A DNA stretch of 64,000 nt from an uncultured Actinomycetes bacterium (GCA_963704885.1 CAVPIB010000004.1:256001-320000), one strand, 5' to 3'; positions 17,671-29,796 are shown, counted from the first letter of the stretch. The notes: generated from the sequence alone by a model not told the origin. Numbers and translations: made by a program.

Positions 17671-18420
17671 TCAGGACTTCCACTCGACCTCGATCTCCCC
17701 GAACGTCGGCCCCTGCTGGAGCTCGACCTTCCCTTCACGGTACAGCTCGAGTATGGCGAGGAAGCGCACCACGACGTGGATACGATCGGGGCAGTCGGCC
17801 ACGAGATCCCGGAAAGACGCGGGTCGCCCGAACCCCACCATGCGCTCCTGCACCGCGCTCATGGCGTCCTCGACCGAGTACCGGATCGGCGTCACGTGGG
17901 AGAGATCGAGGGTGGGCGGAGGACGGAGCAGTTGGGCGGCCACGCGTGCGAGGTCGACGGGTACCGTGCCCACCAGTGGGTCCGGGTACAGGTGCGAGTA
18001 CTCGGGCCCCGGTCCAACGTCGCGCGCGAAGTAGCCGGCCTCGTCCTCCAGACGTCGGGCCAACTCCACCGCCACCCGGCGGAACGCCGCTAGCTCCAGG
18101 CTCCTCGCGTATGCGAGGTCGGGAGAACCGCCAAGCAGATCGTCCTCGTCGGGCTCGCGGTGCCGGGGCATCAGCCTGCCGACCTTCAGCTCCAGAAGCA
18201 TCGCGCAGATCGCTAAGAACCAGGTCGCCTCCTCCAGGTTCCAGCCCTCCGCCTCCTTCGCGTGGGCGAGGTAGCTGTCGGTCACGGTCGCGACGGGTAC
18301 GTCGCACACATCGACCTTCTGCTCCAAGATGAGCTCCGCCAGCAACCGGAAAGGTCCAGTGAAGATGGGCAGTTCCACCGCGAAGCTTCCGGTCGGCGGA
18401 GCGTCCGTGTCCTTGCTCAT
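17671..18420 (-). CDS. scpA: Segregation and condensation protein ScpA
   Basis: FTGPFRLL, LLELK, VVVRFLAILELYR...Q...FGEI. Confidence 0.92.
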   Translation of the reverse strand: MSKDTDAPPTGSFAVELPIFTGPFRLLAELILEQKVDVCDVPVATVTDSYLAHAKEAEGWNLEEATWFLAICAMLLELKVGRLMPRHREPDEDDLLGGSPDLAYARSLELAAFRRVAVELARRLEDEAGYFARDVGPGPEYSHLYPDPLVGTVPVDLARVAAQLLRPPPTLDLSHVTPIRYSVEDAMSAVQERMVGFGRPASFRDLVADCPDRIHVVVRFLAILELYREGKVELQQGPTFGEIEVEWKS

Positions 18421-19430
18421 GTGAGATGCATACCGGCGCGAACGGCCGCCATGGTGTCGGAGACGACAGGACGGACGCGTTCCACGCCCCCGGCAAGCGC
18501 CTGCTCTACGAGCTCGGGGGCAGAAGCCATCTCTGCGCGCCGCTCGCGGAACGGTCGGAGCTCCTCGACGATCCGGTCAGCCAGGTTGGTCTTGCAATCG
18601 ACACAGCCGAGCTCGCCGGTGCGGCAATGCTCGTCCGTCCACTCCAAGATGTCCTGAGAGAACTTACGGTGCAACGCGAATACCGGGCAGATCTCCGGAC
18701 GACCCGGATCGCCTTTACGGAGCTTCTGCGGGTCGGTGATGAAGGAACGGACCTTGGCGCGGATCGCGTCGGGCTCATCCATGAGGTCGATCGTGTTGTC
18801 CAGCGACTTGGACATCTTGCGTCCGTCTGAGCCGGCGATCAGCGGCGTCTCTGACAGGAGCGGTTGAGGCTCTACCAAGACATCGCCGTACAACCGGTTG
18901 AAGCGCCGCACGATCTCCCGCGAGATCTCCAGGTGCGACACCTGATCCTCCCCCACGGGCACCAGCTCGCCTCGCACGATCGTGATGTCCACCGTCTGCA
19001 GCACCGGGTACCCCAGCAGGCCGAGGTTCGCGATGTCGCGCTCCGCCATGTCGCGCAAACGCTCCTTGAACGTCGGGACGCGCTCCAGCCAGCCGAGCGG
19101 CGTGATCATACCGAGGAGGAGCGCCATCTCCGCCACTTCCGGTAGGTCGGACTGCCGGTAGATCACCGATCGCTCCGGGTCGATCCCGGCAGCCAGAAGG
19201 TCGAGGACCAACGCCTCGACGGCCGAAGGGAGGGTGTCGGTCCGATCATAGTGCGTCGTCAGCATGTGCCAGTCGGCGACGAAGTAGAAGCACTCGTAGC
19301 CCTCGCTCTGCAGACGAACCGCGTTCCCGACGTTGCCCGCCCAATGGCCGACATGCAGAGGCCCGGTCGGTCGGAACCCTGTCAGCACACGTGGGCTGCG
19401 GGCGGATGAGGTGGGGGTGGATCGGTCGAT
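18417..19430 (-). CDS. trpS: Tryptophanyl-tRNA synthetase (first canonical start is GTG at 19388; possible ATC start at 19430)
   Basis: GFRPTGPLHVGH, YPVLQ, VPVGEDQ, KMSKS. Confidence 0.93.
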   Translation of the reverse strand: MDRSTPTSSARSPRVLTGFRPTGPLHVGHWAGNVGNAVRLQSEGYECFYFVADWHMLTTHYDRTDTLPSAVEALVLDLLAAGIDPERSVIYRQSDLPEVAEMALLLGMITPLGWLERVPTFKERLRDMAERDIANLGLLGYPVLQTVDITIVRGELVPVGEDQVSHLEISREIVRRFNRLYGDVLVEPQPLLSETPLIAGSDGRKMSKSLDNTIDLMDEPDAIRAKVRSFITDPQKLRKGDPGRPEICPVFALHRKFSQDILEWTDEHCRTGELGCVDCKTNLADRIVEELRPFRERRAEMASAPELVEQALAGGVERVRPVVSDTMAAVRAGMHLT

Positions 19431-19473
19431 GTGGGCAAGGATAGCGCGGCCTCGCGGTCGGACCGTGGAGGCG

Positions 19474-20124
19474 CTAGACGCTGATGCAACCCGAGCCCGC
19501 GAGGAGCCGGCAGAGCGAGTTCACGAGGGAGTACACGATCGACGTGAGCGGTCCGGCGAAGAGGAAGAGCAGGACCAGCGCGAACAGGGCGAGGTACTGA
19601 TCCGCGTTGCGGTACATCTCTCGTGCTTTCGGAGGAAGCGCCAGCGCCACCAGGCGCGCGCCGTCGAGCCCCGGGAGCGGGAGCAGGTGGAACACAGCCA
19701 CGCAGAGGTTCGCGAAGAGAAGCGCCCGCAGCATTAGGCCGACCTCACCCCCGAGTCCCGCGCGGACGAGCATGGCGACGGCGGCGGCGACCACGACGTT
19801 CGCCGCCGAGCCGGCGAACGCGGTGATCACCGTGTCGCGCGTCCGGTTACGGAAGTAGTTCGGATCGATCGGGGCGGGTTTCGCGTACGCCACGGGGGGA
19901 GGCAGGAACGACGATGCCGTCGCCCAGAGCAGGAGGATGAGCCCCGGGAGGACGCCGCTGCCGAACGGCTCGAACCATACCTTCGGGTTGAGGGACAGCC
20001 GGCCCCACAACCGGGGCGTGGGATCACCCAGACGCGATGCCGTGGAGGCTCGAGCGTACTCCCGCGCATCCATCGCGACGAGCAGAGAGACCGCGAGGTA
20101 GCCCGCGAAGCGAAGGGCCGTCAT
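19474..20124 (-). CDS. Site-2 protease (M50) family homologue lacking the HExxH motif
   Basis: LGDPTP...GRLSLNP, YAKPAP, AGSAAN and LLPLPGLDG are present, but REYAR stands where HExxH is expected. Confidence 0.85.
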   Translation of the reverse strand: MTALRFAGYLAVSLLVAMDAREYARASTASRLGDPTPRLWGRLSLNPKVWFEPFGSGVLPGLILLLWATASSFLPPPVAYAKPAPIDPNYFRNRTRDTVITAFAGSAANVVVAAAVAMLVRAGLGGEVGLMLRALLFANLCVAVFHLLPLPGLDGARLVALALPPKAREMYRNADQYLALFALVLLFLFAGPLTSIVYSLVNSLCRLLAGSGCISV

Positions 20125-21449
20125 GAAGCGTCGCCCACGCTCAGCCAACGATGGATCAAGTCGGGCGGTTGCACGGGGCCGTCCACGAAGCCGAGAGCCG
20201 CCAGACTGTGGCGGATCGCCCCCTCCGCATCGTCCGGCGTCCGCGCGTGAACCTCACCCAGGTGCTCGCCCGCCGTGACCAGGTCACCGATCTTGGGGCG
20301 CAACACGATACCGACGGCCGGATCGATCGGGTCGCCCTTACGCATGCGGCCGGCGCCGAGCGCGCCGCTGGCCAGCCCGATCGCCTCGGCGTCCACGGCA
20401 GCGAGAGTACCCGCTCGATCGGCAACGATGGGCACCACGATCGGCGCGCGCGGCAGGAGTCCGACAGGGTCGTCGACCACATGCGGGTCCCCACCCTGGG
20501 CTTCGACCATCCGGCGGAAGCGCTCCAGCGCCTCGCCCCCGTCGAGAGCGCGCTCGGCGCGTTCGATGGCCTCGACGTGCTCCACGGCCTCAGTCGCCTC
20601 CAGGGCTCGGGCCGCGAACCACACCGCGAGCTCGCGGAGGCGCCCGCGGAACTCCCCGCGGAGCAGCGCCACGGCCTCCACGACGTCGAGGGCGTTGCCC
20701 ACGGCATCACCGAGAGGCTGCGACATATCCGTTACCGCCGCCCCGGCCCGTCTCCCCCATCCTAGAGCCAGCGACAGGCACACCTCGGCCAACGCCCGCG
20801 CGTCCTCAGGCGACTTCATGAACGCCCCCGAGCCCGCCTTCACGTCCAGCAGGATCAGATCCGTCTGGACCACCAACTTCTTCGACATCACGCTCGCCGC
20901 TATCAACGGGATCGAGGGCACGGTGGCGGTGGCGTCGCGCAGGGCGTAGAGCGCCCCGTCAGCTGGAACCAGGTTCGGTGACTGAGCTGCGACCGCGCAT
21001 CCGACCTCGGCGACCTGGCGGGCCATCGCCTCAGGGTCCAGGTCTGTCCGCAGGCCCGGGATCGACTCGAGCTTGTCGAGCGTTCCTCCGGTGTACGCCA
21101 GACCGCGGCCCGATAGCTTCGCGACCGCCAGGCCGAGCGCCGCGGCCAGCGGTGCGAACACCAACGTGACGCCGTCAGCGACCCCTCCCGTGGAATGCTT
21201 GTCCACAGCGGGTCTCCCGAGCTCTCCGAACGAAACCCGATCTCCCGAGTCGACCATGGTGCGTGTGAGCGCCAGGGTCTCGGCATCGTCCATGCCCCGC
21301 AACAGGCATGCCATCAAGAAGGCCGCCGCGAGGGCGTCCGTGACTTCCCCCCGCGTATAGGCTCCGACGAACTCCTCGATCTCTTGGGGATCAAGCGTCT
21401 CGCCGTCGCGCTTGCGGGCGACGACGAGACGGGGGTCATCGAGTGTCAC
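20121..21449 (-). CDS. pdp: Pyrimidine-nucleoside/thymidine phosphorylase
   Basis: DKHSTGGV, KLSGRGL..TGGTLDKLESIPG, LYALRDATATV, SVMSKK. Confidence 0.93.
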   Translation of the reverse strand: MTLDDPRLVVARKRDGETLDPQEIEEFVGAYTRGEVTDALAAAFLMACLLRGMDDAETLALTRTMVDSGDRVSFGELGRPAVDKHSTGGVADGVTLVFAPLAAALGLAVAKLSGRGLAYTGGTLDKLESIPGLRTDLDPEAMARQVAEVGCAVAAQSPNLVPADGALYALRDATATVPSIPLIAASVMSKKLVVQTDLILLDVKAGSGAFMKSPEDARALAEVCLSLALGWGRRAGAAVTDMSQPLGDAVGNALDVVEAVALLRGEFRGRLRELAVWFAARALEATEAVEHVEAIERAERALDGGEALERFRRMVEAQGGDPHVVDDPVGLLPRAPIVVPIVADRAGTLAAVDAEAIGLASGALGAGRMRKGDPIDPAVGIVLRPKIGDLVTAGEHLGEVHARTPDDAEGAIRHSLAALGFVDGPVQPPDLIHRWLSVGDAS

Positions 21450-21512
21450 GCGAGACCTCCCGTCCGCATGGAGACCAGATGGAGATCATCCTCCGACGAA
21501 GGCTAGACCGCT

Positions 21513-22697
21513 TCATACATCGAACCCGATAAGGTCGGTGAAGCTCGAACCCTCCAGACCTTGTACGTCTACACCCAACAGCGCCGCGATCGTATGGCCC
21601 AGGTCGCCGAACGATCCCCTGGTGCCGATCTCGTACGGTCCCCCATCGAGACCGGCCGCGAGGAGTGGGGTGCGCTCGCGAGAGTGATCGGTAGGCGGAG
21701 TGGTGGGATCACATCCGTGGTCGCCGGTGATGAACATGATCCCGCCGTCGAGAGCGTCCACCAGCTCCGGAAGGCGAGCGTCGAAGGCCTCCGCCGCCAC
21801 CGCATATCCCCGCGGATCGTTGCGGTGCCCGTACTTCGAGTCGAAGTCGACCAGGTTCGTGAACACGAACGTATGCCCTGGACGCCGGAGATACTCGAGC
21901 GTCAGATCCACGCCGTGGTCGTTGGAGTCCGAGTACCTACCCTCGGTGATCCCCTGGCCGCAGAAGATGTCGCGGATCTTGCCGACGCCCAAGACCGTCA
22001 CGCCCGCCTCTTCCAGGTGGTCCAGGATGGTTCGGGACGGAGGCGGAAGCGAGAAGTCCCTGCGCTCGGGGCTCCGCACGAAGCGACCGGGCTCTCCGTC
22101 GAACGGCCTTGCGATCACCCGCCCGACAGAGTGTTCGCCCGTGAGCAACCGGCGCGCCACGCGACACCACTCGTACAGCATGGAGAGAGGAACGATCCCC
22201 TTGTGGCACGCGACCTGGAAGACGGAGTCGCCGCTGGTGTAGACGATAGGCTGCCCCGTCCGCAGATGCTCCTCTCCGAGCTCCTCGATGATCTGCGTAC
22301 CCGACGCCCGCACGTTGCCCAAGATCTCTCGCCCTACGGTCTCCTCGAACTGGTGGACTATCTCGGGCGGGAACCCGTCCGGATAGAGCGGGAACGGATG
22401 ATCCAGCCTGACGCCCATCATCTCCCAGTGCCCCGTGGTGGTGTCCTTGCCGGCCGAGCGCTCGGTCGCTCTTCCGTAGGCGCTCCCAACCTGCGCGCGG
22501 GGCGCGACCCCTTCGATCGCCGTCAGGTGGCCCAGCCCCAGCGCTTCGAGGTTGGGCAGCCGCAGTCCCCCCACGGCGCGGGAGGTGTTCCCCAGGGTGT
22601 CGGAGCCGTCGTCGCCGTAGGCTGAAGCGTCGGGAGCATCGCCCACTCCCCACGAGTCGCAGATGACCAGCAGGACACGGGGAACGCGAACCTGCAT
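21513..22697 (-). CDS. deoB: Phosphopentomutase
   Basis: DSWGVG, GKDTTTGHWE, VYTSGDSVFQ, NLVDFDSKYGHR, GDHGCDPT, DHSRE. Confidence 0.95.
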   Translation of the reverse strand: MQVRVPRVLLVICDSWGVGDAPDASAYGDDGSDTLGNTSRAVGGLRLPNLEALGLGHLTAIEGVAPRAQVGSAYGRATERSAGKDTTTGHWEMMGVRLDHPFPLYPDGFPPEIVHQFEETVGREILGNVRASGTQIIEELGEEHLRTGQPIVYTSGDSVFQVACHKGIVPLSMLYEWCRVARRLLTGEHSVGRVIARPFDGEPGRFVRSPERRDFSLPPPSRTILDHLEEAGVTVLGVGKIRDIFCGQGITEGRYSDSNDHGVDLTLEYLRRPGHTFVFTNLVDFDSKYGHRNDPRGYAVAAEAFDARLPELVDALDGGIMFITGDHGCDPTTPPTDHSRERTPLLAAGLDGGPYEIGTRGSFGDLGHTIAALLGVDVQGLEGSSFTDLIGFDV

Positions 22698-23053
22698 CAC
22701 GCCGAGACACTCTTGTGCTTGCAGTCGATGCACAGCAGGGCCGCCGGCAGCGTCTCCAGGCGCTCACGCCCGATCGGGTTACCGCACCGCTCGCACGAGC
22801 CGTAGGCTCCGCCGTCGAGCTTCACCAGTGCGCGTTCGACGTCGCGGAGGTTCGAGCGGAGCGCCTCAACCACCGAGATCAAGCGCGATCGCTCCTCGGT
22901 GCTGTGCGAGCGATCCGCGAACCCCGAATCGTCGACGAAGGCGACCTCGTCGGAATCGGGATCGGCTCCCCGTTCTGAGATCTCACTACGCAGCTGATGG
23001 CGCTGCTCTTCGAGCTGGGCCCGCAGGCCCGCGAAGGACGCCGGGTCCGCCAT
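22697..23053 (-). CDS. TraR/DksA C4 zinc-finger protein
   Basis: Coiled coil followed by YGSCERCG.PI..ERLETLP...LCIDC. Confidence 0.88.
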   Translation of the reverse strand: MADPASFAGLRAQLEEQRHQLRSEISERGADPDSDEVAFVDDSGFADRSHSTEERSRLISVVEALRSNLRDVERALVKLDGGAYGSCERCGNPIGRERLETLPAALLCIDCKHKSVSA

Positions 23054-23054
23054 G

Positions 23055-23999
23055 TCATCTCCCTCCGTTCGGCCCGCGACGCGCGCGGGGATGCGACGAG
23101 TAGTACACCTCACGCAGGTGCTCCTTGGTCACCAACGTGTATATCTGCGTGGTCGCGACACTTGCATGGCCGAGGAGCTCCTGCACAACTCGAACGTCCG
23201 CTCCACCCTCCAAGAGGTGCGTCGCGAACGAATGCCGCAACGTATGAAGCGTAACGCGCCGACCGATGCCCGCGGCCGTCACATGGGTCGAGAGCAGTCG
23301 CGCGCAGCTCTGCCGGGTCAGACGCCCGCCCCTTGTGTTCAGGAACAAGGCCGCGCGGCTCGCGCGTGACGCGAATTCCGGCCGGGAACGGCTGAGGTAG
23401 GCACCCACCGCCTCCCGAGCCATCTTGCCTACGGGGACCTCGCGCTCCTTTCCGCCCTTTCCCAAGACGCGGACGGAGCCCTCCTCCAGATCGATGTCGT
23501 CCACATCCAGCCCGACGAGCTCTGAGATCCGGAGCCCCGCTCCGTAGAGGAGCTCCAGGATCGCCCGGTCGCGAAGGCCGGCTGAAGTCCGGGGATGTGG
23601 TGACTCGAGCAGGCGGATGATCTCACCCAGCGGGAGGGGATGCGGCAACGACCGGGGCAGCTTGGGCTGCGTCACCGCCGAGGCAGGATCGCGATCTGCC
23701 CCGCCCTCTCGCAGGATGAAGCGATGGAACGACCGAACCGAGGATGAGGCTCGGGCGACCGAACGGGCGCTGTAGGGACGCTCATCCTTCCCCCAGGTCG
23801 AGGCTGAGACCGAGGCGACGAACGAACGAACCGTCGACGGCTCGACCTCACCGGGCGTACGCACCTCGCGGGCGGTGCAGAACGCCACGTACCGACGCAG
23901 GTCCCTGCGATAGGCGGCGAGCGTGTTCGGAGACAAGCCCCGCTCCACCGTGAGGTGATCCAGGTACCGATCGAGCCACGTCGCCAAAGGATCCGCCAT
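23055..23999 (-). CDS. xerD: Tyrosine recombinase XerD
   Basis: [58 protein letters not shown]. Confidence 0.95.
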   Translation of the reverse strand: MADPLATWLDRYLDHLTVERGLSPNTLAAYRRDLRRYVAFCTAREVRTPGEVEPSTVRSFVASVSASTWGKDERPYSARSVARASSSVRSFHRFILREGGADRDPASAVTQPKLPRSLPHPLPLGEIIRLLESPHPRTSAGLRDRAILELLYGAGLRISELVGLDVDDIDLEEGSVRVLGKGGKEREVPVGKMAREAVGAYLSRSRPEFASRASRAALFLNTRGGRLTRQSCARLLSTHVTAAGIGRRVTLHTLRHSFATHLLEGGADVRVVQELLGHASVATTQIYTLVTKEHLREVYYSSHPRARRGPNGGR

Positions 24000-24018
24000 G
24001 GCTCCGCCCCGCCGACGG

Positions 24019-25143
24019 TCAGCCGAGCCCGTCGACCAGCGTGGCGAGCGAGGTGAACGGAAGCCCGTGAGCCTGGGCGACCGGAGCGTTCGTCACGTGC
24101 CCGCCGTAGGCGTTCACGCCCAAGGCGAGCGCCGCGTCCGCACGGATGGCATCCTCCAGACCCAGGTTCGCGATCTCTATCGCGTATGGGGTCGTCACGT
24201 TCGTGAGCGCGTATGTCGAGGTCCTTGGCACAGCTCCCGGCATGTTGCCGACGCAGTAGTGGACGACGTCGTGACGTACGAACGTGGGATCGGAGTGGGT
24301 GGTCACGTGCGAGGTCTCGAAGCACCCGCCTTGATCGATCGAGATATCCACGACCACCGAACCGGCGGGCATCGCGGCGACCATCGCCTCCGTCACCAAG
24401 TGAGGCGCCTTGGCACCCGGAACCAGGACCGCTCCGATCACCAGGTCCGCGCTCGTGATCAACTGCTCCACGGCCAGGCGGCTGGACATCACGGTGAGTA
24501 TCCGTCCGCGCCAGATCTGATCCACGAAGCGCAGCCGTTCCACGTTCTTGTCCACGATGGCGACCTCGGCTTCCATCCCCGCCGCGATCCACGCCGCGTT
24601 GGTGCCGGCCATGCCGGCCCCCAGGACCACGACACGTGCAGGGGCCACGCCGGACGCCCCGCCCATCAACACGCCACGTCCTCCCTTCGGCCGTTCCAGG
24701 TTGGTGGCCCCACAGTGAGGGGCCATACGCCCGGCGATCTCAGACATGGGCGCGAGGAGCGGTAGGCGGCCGTCGCCGGTCTGGACCGTCTCGTATGCCA
24801 CGGCCGCGATCCGGCGATCGAGCAGGAATCGGGTCAGCACCTCGTCGGCGGCGAGATGCAGGTAGGTGAACAGGGTCTGACCCTCTCGTAAGCGGTCGTA
24901 CTCGGCGGGCTGCGGTTCTTTGACCTTCATGATCATGTCCGCCGCCGCGAAGACCGCGTCTGCGTCGGCCAGGATCTCGGCGCCTGCGGAGGCGAACTCC
25001 CCGTCCGATAGGGAGGAGCCTTCGCCGGCGCCGGATTCCACCACCACCCGATGGCCGGCGTGCACCAGCTCGCGAACACCCTCCGGGGTGGCTGCCACCC
25101 GGTTCTCGTTGTCCTTGACCTCGGTCGGGATCCCTACGATCAT
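24019..25143 (-). CDS. ald: Alanine dehydrogenase
   Basis: [43 protein letters not shown]. Confidence 0.96.
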   Translation of the reverse strand: MIVGIPTEVKDNENRVAATPEGVRELVHAGHRVVVESGAGEGSSLSDGEFASAGAEILADADAVFAAADMIMKVKEPQPAEYDRLREGQTLFTYLHLAADEVLTRFLLDRRIAAVAYETVQTGDGRLPLLAPMSEIAGRMAPHCGATNLERPKGGRGVLMGGASGVAPARVVVLGAGMAGTNAAWIAAGMEAEVAIVDKNVERLRFVDQIWRGRILTVMSSRLAVEQLITSADLVIGAVLVPGAKAPHLVTEAMVAAMPAGSVVVDISIDQGGCFETSHVTTHSDPTFVRHDVVHYCVGNMPGAVPRTSTYALTNVTTPYAIEIANLGLEDAIRADAALALGVNAYGGHVTNAPVAQAHGLPFTSLATLVDGLG

Positions 25144-25199
25144 CCGTGCCCCTTGCGCTCCTGGGGAAGCCTACCCGAGCCTCATTCGAGCCCTGTCGC

Positions 25200-25715
25200 T
25201 CACGGGAGCGCAGGCCGTCCGTCGGCCAGTAGAAGGGCGAGGGCGGTCTTGGCGTCACGGACTCGACCGGCTCGCGCCGAGGAGACCATCTGGCCGAACG
25301 GCACCCGGCTCACCTCGATCCCCTGCTCCGCGGGGGCATCCGGTTCCGCGTTCGTCCGCGCCCAGAACAGGTGTACGTACTCATCGGTGAAGCCTGCCGA
25401 CGAGTAGTAGCCACCAAGGAACTCGATGGTTCGATGCCTGAATCCGGTCTCCTCGAAGAGCTCTCGACCGGCGCAGGTGAGTGCGTCTTCTCCGTCGACG
25501 TCCAGCAGCCCCGCGGGGATCTCGGTCAGCGGCTGACGGATCGCGGGCCGGAACTGCTTCACCAAGAGTACGTCGTCATCCGGCGTGATCGGCAGAACCG
25601 CGGCTGCTCCCGGGTGATGGACGACCTCGTACGGAGGATGTCCTTCCCAGTCCTCGACGTCCAAACGAACGACTCTCCCCCGGAACGCCGACTGGCTCCC
25701 TCGGGGCTCGGCCAT
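25200..25715 (-). CDS. NUDIX hydrolase (ADP-ribose pyrophosphatase-like)
   Basis: HPGAAAV, QFR, EIPAGLLD...RELFEETG, DAKT. Confidence 0.9.
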   Translation of the reverse strand: MAEPRGSQSAFRGRVVRLDVEDWEGHPPYEVVHHPGAAAVLPITPDDDVLLVKQFRPAIRQPLTEIPAGLLDVDGEDALTCAGRELFEETGFRHRTIEFLGGYYSSAGFTDEYVHLFWARTNAEPDAPAEQGIEVSRVPFGQMVSSARAGRVRDAKTALALLLADGRPALP

Positions 25716-25727
25716 CGGCGCTACGAC

Positions 25728-27404
<1,677 letters not shown>

Positions 27405-27443
27405 CTAGATCGAGTCGCGAACTTCCCTTCCTGCTCAGTTCGT

Positions 27444-28184
27444 TCAATCCGGGAGCCTTCCCAGCCGGTCGAACCATCGCAGCGCCGACACCGCGTCGAT
27501 GGGGCGGGACAGCGTCAGCGTGTCCGCCAAGACGTTGAGCGTGACCGCCGCCAACGCCGCGACCACCAGCCACGCGCCCGTGAGCACCGCAAACAGGCCG
27601 AGCCCGATGCTGAAGCCAAGGAGGTTGGCACCGCCGTCTCCCAGCATCGCGCGCTCGCGAAGGTCGGGCCACAGAGCGAGCAGGGACCCGGCCGCCATAC
27701 CTGGCAGGGTGGGTATCAGCCAGATCGGGGCAGATGCGACGCCCAGCATGGCGACGAGCCCAAACTTGAGCGCCCGGCCCGGACGCACGTCGAGCCCGTT
27801 CCAAAGGTTCGCACAGCCGGCCACGAGGATGACGCCGGCGATACCGCCCACTCCCTTCGTTCCACCCAGGAGCGTCACCGAAACGATCGCGGCCGCGGCC
27901 ACCACGACGAGCTTCGCGATGCCGGTCGTCACGCGTCCTGACAACAGGGCCGAGAGATGGTTACGAACACCTCTGGTCGCATCCGGAGACAGGTCGTCCA
28001 CGAGGCCGGCGCAGAAGACCGCTAGAGATGCGGCAGCTACTCCCCATCCTGCGCGACCAACGGCTGGGGTCGCGGTGATGGCGGCGACCGCGACGGAGGC
28101 CGCCGCGCAGGCCACCAAGAGGATCCCGAGCGTGCGAGGCACCATGGCGCCTCGATGGTTCGCGACCGACAGCCGGATCCTCAC
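27444..28184 (-). CDS. MraY/WecA-like (glycosyltransferase family 4) membrane protein
   Basis: Multiple transmembrane segments with GLVDD, NLWNGLDVRPGR and MLGDGGAN. Confidence 0.8.
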   Translation of the reverse strand: MRIRLSVANHRGAMVPRTLGILLVACAAASVAVAAITATPAVGRAGWGVAAASLAVFCAGLVDDLSPDATRGVRNHLSALLSGRVTTGIAKLVVVAAAAIVSVTLLGGTKGVGGIAGVILVAGCANLWNGLDVRPGRALKFGLVAMLGVASAPIWLIPTLPGMAAGSLLALWPDLRERAMLGDGGANLLGFSIGLGLFAVLTGAWLVVAALAAVTLNVLADTLTLSRPIDAVSALRWFDRLGRLPD

Positions 28185-28867
28185 CGTGGTCGCGCCACGC
28201 GGACCAGGGCAGCTCGGGCGATCTGCACACCCTGGCTACCTCGATGCAAGAAGCCCCTCAGGGTCCGCCGGGTCGCCCGGTGCGTGAGTCCCGGCACCGG
28301 TACCTCGACAACGCGGAAGCCCGCCCGCACCGCATCGATCGTCATGGCCGTCTCGACGCCGAAACCGCCAGCCAGCGGTCGGACGGCGGCAAGGCAGGCC
28401 GCTGTGATCGCCCTTTGACCCGACAGCGGTTGCTCTGCTTCGAACCCCGACAACCGGTAGATCGCCAAGGCTGCTGCGCGTTTGACCGTGCCGAGGCCGC
28501 CCCCTCCTTGCGGGGGGAGCAACGCCACGGCCAGATCGGCACGCCCGTCCTTGACCACTTCGACGACGACACGAAGACCCTCCGCGCTCCCTCCGAGGTC
28601 GGCGTCGGCGAACAGCCAAACGTCTGCCGGAGGGAGCCGCCGCAGGGCTCCCTCCATGGCTCCCCCTTTGCCGATGCCACCCGGGATCCGTAGCACGCTA
28701 GCCCCAGCAGCGAGCGCCTCCGCCGCGGTGTTGTCCGACGATCCGTCATCGACCACCACGATCTCGGCCGGCCCCCAACGGGCGATGGCCAGGACGGTTC
28801 GCCGGATGGTGGCCTCCTCGTCGCGGGCCGCGATCAACGCGACGACCCTCGGTCCCTCCGATGTCAT
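28181..28867 (-). CDS. Glycosyltransferase family 2
   Basis: IAARDEE, VVDDGSSD, GKGGA, DAD, LSGQRA, FGVE. Confidence 0.88.
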   Translation of the reverse strand: MTSEGPRVVALIAARDEEATIRRTVLAIARWGPAEIVVVDDGSSDNTAAEALAAGASVLRIPGGIGKGGAMEGALRRLPPADVWLFADADLGGSAEGLRVVVEVVKDGRADLAVALLPPQGGGGLGTVKRAAALAIYRLSGFEAEQPLSGQRAITAACLAAVRPLAGGFGVETAMTIDAVRAGFRVVEVPVPGLTHRATRRTLRGFLHRGSQGVQIARAALVRVARPR

Positions 28868-29796
28868 ATCGGCTGCGGCAGCAGGCGCGTGGCACCCGGC
28901 TTCACGCCGTAGTCGCCTCCCGTCCCTAGCACGATCGCCGAACGCAATCCGAGCGCCATGGCCGAGGCGCCGACCGGCCGGTCGACGTTGTCGACGGTCA
29001 CGATCGGATCCGACGAAGCATCGAGCACCGAGCGGACCGCCAACATGAAGCCGTCGTCCGCGTCCAGGCTCTCGCCGACGCCCTCGACGACCTCGAGAGC
29101 GGCTAGTTCCTCCACCAGCGGCACCATGAAGTCGATCGAAGCCGGGGACAGCTCGCCGCTCGCTCCGCCGACCACCACGACCAACTGACCCCGCCCTCCG
29201 ATCTCGCCGAGCGTTGCGTCCCTTATCTCGGGAGCCGACGCCGTGAGGAACCCCTGCGAAAGCATCTCGCCCAACAGGTCCACCCCGCTGGGATCAAGGG
29301 CCGGATCGGTCGCCAGCCGGCCCGCCAGCGCACCTCCGGCCGCGGCCGTCAGGGCTTGAGCAGGGGTGTCGTCCGGTAGCGACAGGATGGCCGCCAGGTC
29401 ACGTTCGGCACTCGGCGTCTGGGCGGCCATGGTGGGCTGCACGGTGAGGGTCGTGATCACGTTCGCCCCGGCCAGGTCCAACGCCATCCGGGTCTCCGCG
29501 GAAGCGCCGCCGTCCACTCCCTCCTGAGTGACCACGATCACTTGGACGCCGATCAGCGTCGAATCGACCAGGTACGGCATCGCCTGCTCCGCGAAAGCGT
29601 TCATCCTCGCGAGCTCATCCTGATGCTCCTGATCGGCACCACGCAGCTCGTCAAGACGCGCAGTTAGGTCCGTCGTCTGCGACCTCAAACTGCGCACGAG
29701 GTTGTCGTTGAGCACCGTGGTGCCGGTCAGCACGCCCAGGCCGAAGGCCAAGAACACGGCGACGATCGAGATCAGGTGGTAGCGCCACGAGATCAC
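28864..29796 (-). CDS. steB: SteB/MctB-family protein
   Basis: ISWRYHLISIVAVFLAFGLGVL.G N-terminus, TVDNVD and YGVK. GTGA-coupled to steA. Confidence 0.85.
   Translation of the reverse strand: MISWRYHLISIVAVFLAFGLGVLTGTTVLNDNLVRSLRSQTTDLTARLDELRGADQEHQDELARMNAFAEQAMPYLVDSTLIGVQVIVVTQEGVDGGASAETRMALDLAGANVITTLTVQPTMAAQTPSAERDLAAILSLPDDTPAQALTAAAGGALAGRLATDPALDPSGVDLLGEMLSQGFLTASAPEIRDATLGEIGGRGQLVVVVGGASGELSPASIDFMVPLVEELAALEVVEGVGESLDADDGFMLAVRSVLDASSDPIVTVDNVDRPVGASAMALGLRSAIVLGTGGDYGVKPGATRLLPQPI

Noticed and set aside
23055-23999. Tyrosine recombinase as a possible mobile-element integrase
   Set aside because: Motifs and synteny match housekeeping XerD, and no att repeats or cargo are visible.
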